Below are positions 1-9,704 of a DNA stretch of 60,843 bases, one piece after another (positions within the stretch are counted from its first letter, which is position 1; each line of letters opens with the position of its first letter). A program made the position numbers and the translations under genes. The DNA lies in sequence record DRR723986_3984. The stretch is one strand, 5' to 3'. The notes below the pieces were generated by a model. It saw only the letters and a program-made list of their open reading frames with translations, did no database searches and had not been told where the DNA came from.

Positions 1-322
1 TCGCCAGTTTGATGCGCCGGTGTCCATCGTTATTACCTATGACCGTTCTGTGCACGGTGATGATGTGGCACCGTTTGATTGCGGGGGCCTCTCTAATGCC
101 ATTGTTAACGCGGCTTGGTCTCGCGGGCTTGGCTGCGTAATCAACAGCCAAGGCATTATGCAAACGCCTGTGGTGCGCGAGCATGCCCAGATCGATGAAG
201 ACCAAGTGATCATGATCTGTATCGCCATGGGCTACCCTGATGACAGTTTTCCGGCCAACGCGGTTGTTACCAACCGAAAGCCCCTAGATGAAGCTGTCAC
301 TTTTGTAGGCTTTGATGAGTAA
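1..322 (+). CDS. Nitroreductase family protein, C-terminal part (5' end outside window)
   Basis: Frame is open from the window edge (RQFDAPVSIV...). Nitroreductase-like motifs FDAPV, DCG...AAWSRGLG, ICIAMGYPD and RKPLDE. Confidence 0.8.
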   Translation, partial: RQFDAPVSIVITYDRSVHGDDVAPFDCGGLSNAIVNAAWSRGLGCVINSQGIMQTPVVREHAQIDEDQVIMICIAMGYPDDSFPANAVVTNRKPLDEAVTFVGFDE

Positions 323-453
323 TATGGTTTAGGGTTTGGTTTGGCCCACCGTTGAAACCTCTTATCCCGCTATTTTGTTGAACGATTGCAAACATTCGGA
401 GAACCGCTACTCTTCGCATGTGGGTATTGTCATACAGAAATAGGGGAAAGTGA

Positions 454-2646
454 ATGAGGGCGGCTGGAAAGTTCATATGTGTGTGTAGTGCTGTTTGGCT
501 TCTTGTGGCGTGCAGCCAGCCGCATGAAAATGCTGGCGATCAATCCCGGAATGTCACTATCTACCGAGATGCATACGGCGTACCGCATATTCACGGTGCA
601 ACAGACGGTGATGCTGCCTTCGGCATGGCTTATGCGCAGGCGGAAGATAACTTCGCCCAACTTGAATTGAATTTCATTCTGGCGATTGGCCGATCTGCCG
701 AGCTTTTTGGTGAAGAAGCCGTTTTGTCTGACTGGATTGTGCGGTCGTTTGAAATTTCTGAATTTTCTCGGCGGGATTATGAAAATGCGCAGCCCTCCAC
801 CAAGGCGCTGCTTGATGGCTATGCTGCAGGGTTAAACCATTATTTGTTAAAAAACCCGAGCGTAAAACCACGATTGTTAACCCGTTTTGAACCATGGTAC
901 CCGCTCGCGCTTATCAGGCGGATGTATTACACAGGTGGCTTTTTAGGGCGGCTCGGTTTCACGCCGTCTGAGCGACAGGCAGCTTTTGAAGCCATCAATG
1001 CCAGCTCACTCACCACCGCACAGGCTGATGTGCCCGAACTGGACCCTTTAGCGCAAAGTTCTTTCGGGTCTAATTCGTGGGCGGCCAACGGCCCAAAGAT
1101 TGAGGGCACAGGCTCATACCTTTTTATCAACCCGCATTTGCCTGCCTTTGGTATGGGGCAGGTTTATGAAGCGCATATGATCTCTGATGAAGGCTGGAAC
1201 TTCACCGGCTATAGCCGGTTTGGCTTTCCGCTGCCTTATGTGGGTTTCGGCGAAAACCTGGGCTGGGCCAGTACAAACAATTACGGTGATCAGGAAGATG
1301 CCTGGGTTGAACATTTCGGCGGGGGTGAGCACCCGCTTGATTACCAATATGCAGACGGGTTTCGCAGAGCCAGCGAATGGCAAGGCGAAATTCGTGTTAA
1401 AGATGGCGGGGTTAAAAAGGTAAAATTCCTTAAAACCCATCATGGCCCGGTTGTAGCCATGCGGGACGGAAAGTTTTTGTCGGCCCGTCTTGCAACCTAC
1501 GATGAGCCCGGATGGCTAGACCAATGGCACGCCATGTCACGCGCTCAAAATTTCGATGAATTTTTATCCGCCGTTTCACCGCTGAAAATGCAATTTGGCA
1601 ATTACATGTATGCCGACCGGGATAGCAACATATTCTTCGTTTACAACGGGGCTTTCCCGAAAAAAGATGAGAAGTATGACTGGAACAACCTGGTTGATGG
1701 CCGAGACCCGGGAACCGAATGGCAGGGCTATCACCCGCTAAGTGAAATCCCGCAGGTGCTGAACGCTGAAAGTCATTTCATTCAAAACACAAACACAACG
1801 CCCTTCATGACAAGCATGAGCGCTAGTGACCCCAACCCGGATGACTTTCCGGCCTATATGGTGCGGGAAGGCGACAACGCCAGAAGCCGCAATGTGCGCC
1901 GTATTTTAACGCAAAATGACAGGTTTGATTTCGCCGCTTGGGAGCAGGAAAGTTTGGACACTACCATGATCGAATGGCAGGTGAGCAAGCCAATGTTGCT
2001 GGCCGCATTTGAGACTGTGCGCAATAATAACCCCGCGCGAACGGAAAGCCTGGAACCGGTTATGGCGCTGCTCACTGCGTGGGACGGTGTCGCCACTCTT
2101 GATGCTATCGCTCCTACAGTTTACGCGGACTGGTACGAAGCAGTGTTTACTGCGCAGCAGAATCAAACAGTGCCGTCTTCCGAAGACATGGTAAACGCGT
2201 TGGAGCAAGTTGTGGCACGCTTAACAAAAGACTGGGGAGATTGGCGCGTACCATGGGGTGATATTAACCGAGCGCAGCGCCCAGGGCTTGACGAAAGGGG
2301 TGTGCCTCAATTTTGCGATTCGTGCGAAAGCATTGCAACACCGGGTGTGCCTGGATGGTCAGGCGGCAGTCAAATCGCTTTTAATGCCAGGTTGCCGGGG
2401 CTTAAAAAGCGCTATATGCGGGGTGGCAACTCCTACACTGCGATTGTTGATTTCCCTAAAAACAAAGCTGAGAAACTTCAGGCAAAATCAATTCATGTTT
2501 TTGGCGCCAGTGTTGATGATCAATCGCCGCATACAATGGATCAGGCAAAATTGCTCGCACGAAAAAACTATAAAACCGCATGGTTTTATCTGGATGATGT
2601 CAAAGCGCATGCGGCGCGCGTCTATCATCCCGGCGAAGAAAAATAG
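454..2646 (+). CDS. Penicillin/AHL acylase family Ntn-hydrolase (peptidase S45), predicted lipoprotein
   Basis: IYRDAYGVPHI, FGMAYAQAED, beta-subunit start GSNSWA (Ser nucleophile), NPHL, THHGPV; lipobox LLVAC. Confidence 0.9.
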   Translation: MRAAGKFICVCSAVWLLVACSQPHENAGDQSRNVTIYRDAYGVPHIHGATDGDAAFGMAYAQAEDNFAQLELNFILAIGRSAELFGEEAVLSDWIVRSFEISEFSRRDYENAQPSTKALLDGYAAGLNHYLLKNPSVKPRLLTRFEPWYPLALIRRMYYTGGFLGRLGFTPSERQAAFEAINASSLTTAQADVPELDPLAQSSFGSNSWAANGPKIEGTGSYLFINPHLPAFGMGQVYEAHMISDEGWNFTGYSRFGFPLPYVGFGENLGWASTNNYGDQEDAWVEHFGGGEHPLDYQYADGFRRASEWQGEIRVKDGGVKKVKFLKTHHGPVVAMRDGKFLSARLATYDEPGWLDQWHAMSRAQNFDEFLSAVSPLKMQFGNYMYADRDSNIFFVYNGAFPKKDEKYDWNNLVDGRDPGTEWQGYHPLSEIPQVLNAESHFIQNTNTTPFMTSMSASDPNPDDFPAYMVREGDNARSRNVRRILTQNDRFDFAAWEQESLDTTMIEWQVSKPMLLAAFETVRNNNPARTESLEPVMALLTAWDGVATLDAIAPTVYADWYEAVFTAQQNQTVPSSEDMVNALEQVVARLTKDWGDWRVPWGDINRAQRPGLDERGVPQFCDSCESIATPGVPGWSGGSQIAFNARLPGLKKRYMRGGNSYTAIVDFPKNKAEKLQAKSIHVFGASVDDQSPHTMDQAKLLARKNYKTAWFYLDDVKAHAARVYHPGEEK

Positions 2647-2678
2647 CCCATGTCATTAGCCCGGTACTGTCTAGGGTG

Positions 2679-2712
2679 AAAAGCGGGGCAGTGACCGGGA
2701 CCGCCCCGTTTT
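2679..2712. terminator. Probable bidirectional intrinsic terminator between convergent genes
   Basis: AAAAGCGGGGC...GCCCCGTTTT stem flanked by A and T tracts. Confidence 0.6.
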
Positions 2713-2723
2713 AATCTGGCAGG

Positions 2724-4349
2724 TTACTCTTTCTTTTCCAGTTGCGGATAGTCTATGCCCAGCTGTTCCAGATAGGTGTCGTACTTGGATGGGTCGTAGT
2801 AAAATTTGCTCAACCGGTCTTTATACTGCGCCATTATCGCCGCGTTCTTTTCAATTGCCGGTGTGTCATCCGGCCCGATAAACGGCACATACTCAATATC
2901 TTTTAGCTGCTCGTCCTTGAAGTATGCCCAAGCATCTTCCAATATTTTGGGTTCGGTCAATAGGTCAATCATGGTGGCCGCCAGCACTTTGGCCCCTGCG
3001 GTTGCGCCCTTGTGGGCAATCGGTGTTGCCATGGCAATGGAAGACGACCAATGGTGGAAAATCGCGCCTTCAATGTTGGAAGGGTAGCGCAGTGTCACTG
3101 TTGGGACATTCCAAGATATATCACCGATATCGTCCGAGCCACCGCTGATGGGTTCTTCTGGTGGGCCGTTTAGCTCATCTAGTTTGGTGGCAAGGCCTTC
3201 TTCTTCCAGGTCTTCGGCTTCCATTAACTTTTGAACGGCTTTGGCGAATTTCTGGTCGTCCTCAGACCATTTCGGCAGGCCTACAGCTTTGATATTTTCG
3301 TACATACGTTCGCCGAGTACGCGGTTGAAATGCATGGGCCAAGCAGACCCGATAATACGGCGTTTGACCGTGGTACCGGTCATTTGGGCAGCGGCCTCAG
3401 CAATGGTTTGCAGCGTATCAAAATTTGTACGGATACGGTCTGCAGTTATTTCGCGGATGAAATACCAAACACTGGCTTTAGACGGTACCACATTGGGCTG
3501 ATCGCCGCCGTCAACAATCACATAATGCGAACGCTGCAATGGGCGCAAATGTTCGCGCTTAAAGTTCCAGCCGATGTTCATCAGCTCAACGGCATCCAAT
3601 GCACTTTTGCCGCGCCAAGGGTCGCCTGCGCCGTGAGCAGCAACACCGTCAAATGAATATTCAACCGACACCAAGCCGGTGCCGCGATCACCGCCCCATG
3701 AGGTGCTGAGCATCCGGCTGACATGGGTAAACAGGGCGGCGTCTACGTCTTTAAACCGGCCATCGCGGGCATAATAGGCTTTGGCCGCAACCAGCTCTTC
3801 GGCGATTCCGGGCCAGATCATAATGGTGCCAGGCAGGCCTTCGCGTTCCATAATTTCCTTGACCGAAAGCGCCGCCGCAATGGTAACGGCATGGCCTGAA
3901 TTATGGCCTTCGCCGTGGCCGGGCGCGCCGTCAACCATAGGCTGGCGGTAGGCAACGCCGGGCATCTGCGATGATTTAGGAATGCCGTCCACGTCTGAGC
4001 CCAGTGCGATAACAGGCTTGCCGCTGCCCCATGTTGCCCACCAGCCGGAGGGCAGGCCTGACACACCCTTTTCAATGGTGAAGCCTTCTTTTGCCAACAT
4101 GTCGGTCAGATAGCGCTGGGTTTCAAATTCCTGAAAGCCCAGTTCAGAGAAAGAAAACAGCGAATCTATAATTTCCTGAATTTGTTTTTGTCGCCCATCA
4201 ATGCTGGCGGCGGCTTCAGCTGCCAAGCCCGCTAGAACGGGTGCAGGTTCTTCAGCTTTTTCCTGTGTTTCATCGGCAAGTATTTGCGACGACATCAGGC
4301 ACGAAATTGATACTGCTGCACTGACGGTTCGGATGAACGAATTTCTCAT
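2724..4349 (-). CDS. M20 amidohydrolase (AbgB / aminobenzoyl-glutamate hydrolase B-like) with signal peptide
   Basis: ELGFQEF, GHGEGHN, AEEL, GVAAHGAGDPWRGKSALDAVELM, QPNVVP, GGSDDIGDISW. Start moved to ATG 4349 (AGGAAGG upstream, signal peptide follows). Confidence 0.88.
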   Translation of the reverse strand: MRNSFIRTVSAAVSISCLMSSQILADETQEKAEEPAPVLAGLAAEAAASIDGRQKQIQEIIDSLFSFSELGFQEFETQRYLTDMLAKEGFTIEKGVSGLPSGWWATWGSGKPVIALGSDVDGIPKSSQMPGVAYRQPMVDGAPGHGEGHNSGHAVTIAAALSVKEIMEREGLPGTIMIWPGIAEELVAAKAYYARDGRFKDVDAALFTHVSRMLSTSWGGDRGTGLVSVEYSFDGVAAHGAGDPWRGKSALDAVELMNIGWNFKREHLRPLQRSHYVIVDGGDQPNVVPSKASVWYFIREITADRIRTNFDTLQTIAEAAAQMTGTTVKRRIIGSAWPMHFNRVLGERMYENIKAVGLPKWSEDDQKFAKAVQKLMEAEDLEEEGLATKLDELNGPPEEPISGGSDDIGDISWNVPTVTLRYPSNIEGAIFHHWSSSIAMATPIAHKGATAGAKVLAATMIDLLTEPKILEDAWAYFKDEQLKDIEYVPFIGPDDTPAIEKNAAIMAQYKDRLSKFYYDPSKYDTYLEQLGIDYPQLEKKE

Positions 4350-4483
4350 GATGTGTTGACCCTTCCTAAAGTTTAGGTGACGATACTGCATGAACGGGCG
4401 GCACGCAAACCGGTTGGCTTGAAGTGACGTGAAAATGAAATAGATACAAGCAAGTCAAGATTTGCGGGTCAGGAGAAATATCG

Positions 4484-6517
4484 ATGCGATTTTTAACAAT
4501 AGCTTTGGCGGCAACGCTTGCAGCATGCAGTGCCGAGACCGACCCTGCGACAGATGACAGTGCGCATGATGATATGCATGAGGGCGGCGGTGTTGTCCGC
4601 GAGGTTGCTGAAAGCGTTAATGATTACGTGGACAATTTCTCGCTGCTTGATCATAAAGGTCGCGCCCACGAGCTTTATTATTATGACGATGCGCCTGCAA
4701 TCGTGATCATGATTCAGGGCAATGGTTGCCCTATTGTGCGCAACGCATGGTCTGACTATAGCGCTGTTCGCGACCAATTTGCGGATAAAGGTGTTGAGTT
4801 TTATATGCTCAACGCCAACAAGCAAGATACGCGCGCCAGCATTGCAGAAGAAGCCGAAAACTTCGGCTACGACATGCCAATTTTGGATGATGACACTCAG
4901 CTTATTGCTGAATCGTTGGGCGTTACTCGAACAGCAGAAGTGTTGGTGATTTCACCTAAAGACTGGAGCATTATCTACCGGGGACCGGTAAATGACAGGC
5001 TTGGATACGGCCAGCAACGCGCAGACGCGAACCAACACTATTTGACCGATGCGCTGACCGCTGCCCTTGCTGGCGAGAAGGTTGAAACGCGTATTCGGCG
5101 CGCAAAAGGCTGCATCGTTAATATGCCCGAGGCTGAAAAACGCACCGCTCATGCAGCCATTAGTTATAGCGAAACCATTGCGCCCATGCTCGCTGAAAAC
5201 TGCGCCAGTTGTCACTTGGAAGGCGGCATTGCTCCTTGGGCGATGACGGACTATTCCATGATTGAAGGTTTTGCGCCCATGATCCGGGAAGTGGTGCGCA
5301 CAAAACGTATGCCGCCGTGGTCTGCCGACCCGCATATTGGGACTTTTACAAATGCACGCGGCCTTACCACTGAAGAAAAACAAACTTTGGTTCACTGGAT
5401 TGAAGCTGGTGCCCCGCGCGGCGACGGCCCTGACCCGCTTGCCACCCGTGTCAACGACGCTACCGACTGGCCGCTCGGTGAGCCAGACCTTATTGTTGAA
5501 GCGCCGGCTTTTGATGTGCCGGCCTCTGGTATTGTTGACTATCAATTCCCTACAGTCCTTAACCCAATGAACAAAGATGTGTGGGTGAAGGCGGTGACAG
5601 TGGTGCCAGGCGATAAAACCGTGGTGCACCACGCACTTGTTGGCTCAAGCGAGCAGGTAACGAAGCCGGGTGAAGGCGGTTACCGCGATGTGTTTGATAA
5701 TTATCTGATTGGTTTTGTGCCGGGCGCGGAAAGCTATATCTACCCTGAAAACACTGGTGTGTTTGTTAAAGCTGGCGGCGAGTTTCGTTTCCAGATGCAT
5801 TATACAACGTCTGGCCGTGCCACGACTGACAAAACCAAACTGGGCCTCTATTTTTATGATAAGCCGCCGCAGTTCCCGCTGCGCCAACAGGTGGCTTTGA
5901 ACATCGCGCTTGGCATTCAGCCGAACGCTGCGAACCACAAAGAACAAGCTTATTTCGAGTTCGACAACCCGGCAACCATATACATGCTGTTCCCGCATTC
6001 GCATTACCGGGGCAAATCAAGCGTGTTTGATGTTGTATACCCGGATGGCCGCGAGGAAACTATTTTGTCTGTGCCGGATTATGACTTTAACTGGCAGCAT
6101 ACTTATAGCCTTGCAGAGCCACTTCAGGTGCCTAAAGGCGCGAAGCTTATTCATCGCACGCTGTATGATAACAGTGCGCGGAATCTGTCTAACCCGAACC
6201 CGGACCGCACGGTGCCGTGGGGACTGCAATCACACGACGAAATGCTCTATGGCAGCTTTATGTTCCGCTGGACCGGTGAAACGGCGGATAATATCATCCA
6301 TGACCCGTTGCAGTTCGATATTCGGCAGTTTTACGGTTTTGCCGATAAGGATATGGACGGCAAGCTGGTGCGCGCTGAAATGCCGGGCCGCTTGGGCCAA
6401 GCGTGGGATGCTGGCCGGATGAAACAGGCAGACCGTGACGGTGACGGTGCTTTATCATTCGCGGAATATTATGGTTTGCGCAAAGCCCAAATGCAGCAAA
6501 GGCAGTCATCGAGATAA
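4484..6517 (+). CDS. Lipoprotein fusing redoxin, c-type cytochrome, copper type II (PHM/DbM-like) monooxygenase and EF-hand domains
   Basis: Lipobox LAAC; thioredoxin-like domain (GCPIV, TAEV..I...YRG); CASCH heme motif followed by MPPW; copper-ligand motifs VHH, QMHY, PHSH, DEM; EF-hands DKDMDGKLVRAE and DRDGDGALSFAE. Confidence 0.8.
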   Translation: MRFLTIALAATLAACSAETDPATDDSAHDDMHEGGGVVREVAESVNDYVDNFSLLDHKGRAHELYYYDDAPAIVIMIQGNGCPIVRNAWSDYSAVRDQFADKGVEFYMLNANKQDTRASIAEEAENFGYDMPILDDDTQLIAESLGVTRTAEVLVISPKDWSIIYRGPVNDRLGYGQQRADANQHYLTDALTAALAGEKVETRIRRAKGCIVNMPEAEKRTAHAAISYSETIAPMLAENCASCHLEGGIAPWAMTDYSMIEGFAPMIREVVRTKRMPPWSADPHIGTFTNARGLTTEEKQTLVHWIEAGAPRGDGPDPLATRVNDATDWPLGEPDLIVEAPAFDVPASGIVDYQFPTVLNPMNKDVWVKAVTVVPGDKTVVHHALVGSSEQVTKPGEGGYRDVFDNYLIGFVPGAESYIYPENTGVFVKAGGEFRFQMHYTTSGRATTDKTKLGLYFYDKPPQFPLRQQVALNIALGIQPNAANHKEQAYFEFDNPATIYMLFPHSHYRGKSSVFDVVYPDGREETILSVPDYDFNWQHTYSLAEPLQVPKGAKLIHRTLYDNSARNLSNPNPDRTVPWGLQSHDEMLYGSFMFRWTGETADNIIHDPLQFDIRQFYGFADKDMDGKLVRAEMPGRLGQAWDAGRMKQADRDGDGALSFAEYYGLRKAQMQQRQSSR

Positions 6518-6551
6518 ACATTCTCAATAGTAAGACTTCAGTCTACTTTAG

Positions 6552-6577
6552 TGCAACAGGCCTTTTGGCCTGTTGCA
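6552..6577. terminator. Perfect 11-bp hairpin between convergent genes, likely terminator
   Basis: TGCAACAGGCC-TTTT-GGCCTGTTGCA; no strong U-tract. Confidence 0.55.
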
Positions 6578-6603
6578 GGCGCCTATTGAATTTGGCTCGT
6601 GCG

Positions 6604-7071
6604 TTATTCCTGATTGGTATCTTGGCCCGGAAAGACAGCGTCAAAATCAATGAGCCATTCTTCGCCCACTTTTTTCCAAACAACTAAATACGGCCCCTTG
6701 TCGGTTATGCTGTCAGCGCCCTCTGGCTCAATTAGCATCGTCCATCGGCCTTTCTCGTATGCTGTATCGCCGTCGGCATGCACATCCGTTGATACCAGAT
6801 GCAAGGTTAGCTTGACCGGGCCAGATGTTTCTGCAGCAATGGCTGCACGCACGGCATCGCGGCCAACCGACACGGGTTTGTCGGGCATCATGACACGCGC
6901 ATTTTTTGTATGCAGTTTCACCACGCCTTCAACGTCACCCGCATTGAAGGCTTTCATATAGTTTGCATTCTGTTTGGTGATTTCGGCGGCAACATCAGCG
7001 TTGGCGCTTGCGAGTATCGACATGCTACCGCTGACCAAAACCGCAATAACTAAACTGATAAAATATTTCAC
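6604..7071 (-). CDS. DUF4440/SnoaL-like NTF2-fold protein with signal peptide
   Basis: AFNAGD...GRDAVRA...AYEKG...KGPYLVVWKK..W pattern; N-terminal signal peptide; GTG start with GGGGAAG upstream. Confidence 0.8.
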   Translation of the reverse strand: MKYFISLVIAVLVSGSMSILASANADVAAEITKQNANYMKAFNAGDVEGVVKLHTKNARVMMPDKPVSVGRDAVRAAIAAETSGPVKLTLHLVSTDVHADGDTAYEKGRWTMLIEPEGADSITDKGPYLVVWKKVGEEWLIDFDAVFPGQDTNQE

Positions 7072-7322
7072 TGTCTTCCCCTAAAGTTTAGGGAAAACCC
7101 TAGCCTATCGCCCCCCGAACCGCAATCCGGTGTATTGGTGATCATTTTGCTGCCACAACAGACTGAAGAGCCAACCTTTTGGCGCGGCCTGTGTGCCTTT
7201 CAAAGTAAACTGGATGAATAATTCCACTTGCTTGGCAGTATTGTCGCTTTACCTTCATGAATGAACAGGCTTGCCTGCCCGCGTAACGTAAACCGGGCAA
7301 TTGACATGATGGGAGATAAACG

Positions 7323-8123
7323 ATGAACGCAGAATTTAACTTCAAGAACCGCAATGTTTTGGTGTTCGGCGGCACCAGTGGCATTAATCTGGGCATTGCT
7401 GAAGCCTACGCAAAATGTGGTGCAACGGTTGGTGTGGTGGGCCGGAACCCGGAAAAAGCCGAAGCGGCGCGTGACGCCGTTGCTGTGCACGGCGGCGATG
7501 CTTACTGTTACAGCGCAGATGTGCGCGATTTTGAAGCGGTGTCTGGTGTCTATAAATCATTCGTAAAGGACGCCGGTGGCAGCATTGATATTCTGGTGTC
7601 CGGGGCTGCGGGTAACTTCCCGGCACCCGCGCTGGGTATGAGCCCCAACGGGTTTAAATCCGTGGTGGACATTGACCTTATGGGCACCTTTCATGTATTG
7701 CGCGCCGGGTTTGAGCATTTGACCCAACCGGGGGCGAGCATCATCAACATATCCGCGCCGCAAGCCAGCATTGCCATGCCGCTACAAAGCCATGTGTGCG
7801 CCGCCAAGGCCGGTGTTGATATGATCACCCGCACATTGGCTATCGAATGGGGGCCTATGGGCATACGCGTGAACTCGGTTATTCCGGGGCCAATTGACGG
7901 CACCGAAGGCATGGCGCGCCTTGCGCCTACCGAGAAAATGCGCAATGCGGTTGAAAAGGCGGTACCGCTCCAGCGTATGGGCACACCTTCAGATGTTGCA
8001 GATGTTTGTCTCTTCCTTGCGTCTGACGCCGCGCGCTATGTAACGGGTGTTATCTTGCCGGCGGACGGCGGCGCCGTGGCTGCAGGCTCAGCCGGTATGG
8101 GCATGTCCTCCCTGGGGCATTAG
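7323..8123 (+). CDS. SDR oxidoreductase, 2,4-dienoyl-CoA reductase-like
   Basis: GGTSGING-like Rossmann motif (GGTSGINLG), GAAGNFPAP, HVCAAKAG, GIRVNSVIPGPI. Confidence 0.85.
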   Translation: MNAEFNFKNRNVLVFGGTSGINLGIAEAYAKCGATVGVVGRNPEKAEAARDAVAVHGGDAYCYSADVRDFEAVSGVYKSFVKDAGGSIDILVSGAAGNFPAPALGMSPNGFKSVVDIDLMGTFHVLRAGFEHLTQPGASIINISAPQASIAMPLQSHVCAAKAGVDMITRTLAIEWGPMGIRVNSVIPGPIDGTEGMARLAPTEKMRNAVEKAVPLQRMGTPSDVADVCLFLASDAARYVTGVILPADGGAVAAGSAGMGMSSLGH

Positions 8124-8147
8124 TTAGGGCATTAGTTGGGGCATTAG
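8114..8147. repeat. 12-bp tandem repeat x3 (RGGGCATTAGTT) spanning the SDR stop codon
   Basis: GGGGCATTAGTT AGGGCATTAGTT GGGGCATTAG read directly. Confidence 0.85.
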
Positions 8148-8164
8148 CCCACCGCGTTTCGGGA

Positions 8165-9028
8165 TTACTCAAATGGCGGTTCGGCATCCCAGTTGAACCC
8201 AACCGGGGCGCCGTTGCTAACGGCGTCAGCAAACTCAGGCTCGCGTTTATCGAGGAAACTTTGCACGCCTTCTTTACCGTCACGCGTGCTGGTGTGGTAC
8301 ATGGTGCGGCTTTCGGCGGCATGTGCCTCCATCGGGTGGGCTGCCCCCATCATGCGCCAAATAAGTTGCCGGTTAACGGCTACTGACATGGCGCTGGTTT
8401 TCTCGGCGAAGCTTGCGGCAACTTCGCGGGCGCGGTTCATTAGCTCGTCGGCGTCTACAATCTCGGATATCAGCCCGGCTTCCAGCGCTTCGTCTGCCCC
8501 AAAAACATTGCCTTTGAAAGACCATTCCAGCGCTTTTTGCACCCCAACAAGGCGCGGCAGAAACCAGCTGGAACAACTTTCCAGCGTGATGCCGCGCTGA
8601 GCGAAAACAAAACCAAACTTTGCGAACGGGGACGCAATACGCACATCCATTGGTAGCTGAAGCGTGCTGCCCACGCCAACAGATGCGCCGTTAATGGCAC
8701 CAATAATTGGTTTTTTCATGCGGTACATACGCAGCACTACCTTACCGCCTTCATCGCGGTTGCGTTTCATCTCGGGGCCGTTGGCGTCAACGCTTTCATC
8801 CAGCCCAAAAACATTGCCTTCGGTGGATAAGTCCATGCCCGCACAGAAGGCGCGGCCATTGCCGGAGACAATTACACTGCGCACGCTGTCGTCGCCGTCG
8901 GCTTGGTCTAAGGCTGCGATCAGCTCAGCCGCCATCTCTACCGTGAAGGCATTCATGCGCTCGGCCCGGTTCAACAGAATAGTATAAATGCCATCGTCTA
9001 TGTTTGTTTCCAGTGTGGTAAATGCCAT
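8165..9028 (-). CDS. Enoyl-CoA hydratase/isomerase (crotonase) family
   Basis: LNRAERMNA, AFCAGMDL, KPIIGAINGASVGVG, EGVQSFLDKR. Start ATG 9028 with AGGAG RBS. Confidence 0.9.
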   Translation of the reverse strand: MAFTTLETNIDDGIYTILLNRAERMNAFTVEMAAELIAALDQADGDDSVRSVIVSGNGRAFCAGMDLSTEGNVFGLDESVDANGPEMKRNRDEGGKVVLRMYRMKKPIIGAINGASVGVGSTLQLPMDVRIASPFAKFGFVFAQRGITLESCSSWFLPRLVGVQKALEWSFKGNVFGADEALEAGLISEIVDADELMNRAREVAASFAEKTSAMSVAVNRQLIWRMMGAAHPMEAHAAESRTMYHTSTRDGKEGVQSFLDKREPEFADAVSNGAPVGFNWDAEPPFE

Positions 9029-9164
9029 CGTGGTTCTCCTGTCATGTCCTAATGTGAGAATAGGCTGAACCAATGGATTGTCGACCTGTGTTTCACTCGG
9101 GAGTTGAAAAGCAATTTATCAGGTTGCACAATACCGCCTGCAACCGGGAACAGGGGACACGATA

Positions 9165-9692
9165 ATGCGCAATTGGTTTTACGAACAACTGGCGATGTAT
9201 TCAGCCTATCACCGCGATAAACGCAACCAGATGACCCATCATGTGGGCGTGCCCATGATTGTTTTTTCCATCATGGTTCTATTTTCGCTGGTTACAATTG
9301 CCACCTTTGATGTCGGTGCGCTGACATTGGCGGGCTTGTTAATCACAGTTTTATTGCTGATGTATCTGATTTCTGCGCCCTTGGTGGGCATGGTGGCGGT
9401 GCTTATATATACAAGCCTTTTGTATGCAGCCGAATATATTGGCGCTATGGGAACCACTACGGCACTAACTGCATTTGGTATTCTATTTGTCGGCGGATGG
9501 GTTATTCAGTTCTGGGGCCATGCCTATGAAGGCCGCAAGCCCGCGCTGTTTGATAATCTGCTGCAAATTTTCATGGCGCCCTCTTTTCTGATTGCCGAGA
9601 TACTCTTTGCGCTTGGGCTTGAGAAGGGCCTGCAGGCGGAAATTAAACAGCGCATGCCGCGCTATTTGCCGCGTGAAGACAGCGCCGGTTAA
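9165..9692 (+). CDS. DUF962 / Mpo1-like membrane protein (putative 2-hydroxy fatty acid dioxygenase)
   Basis: YSAYH...N...HHVGVP and QFWGH.YEGRKPALFDNL.Q...AP motifs; several TM helices. Confidence 0.85.
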   Translation: MRNWFYEQLAMYSAYHRDKRNQMTHHVGVPMIVFSIMVLFSLVTIATFDVGALTLAGLLITVLLLMYLISAPLVGMVAVLIYTSLLYAAEYIGAMGTTTALTAFGILFVGGWVIQFWGHAYEGRKPALFDNLLQIFMAPSFLIAEILFALGLEKGLQAEIKQRMPRYLPREDSAG

Positions 9693-9704
9693 GCGGTTCA
9701 ATTT

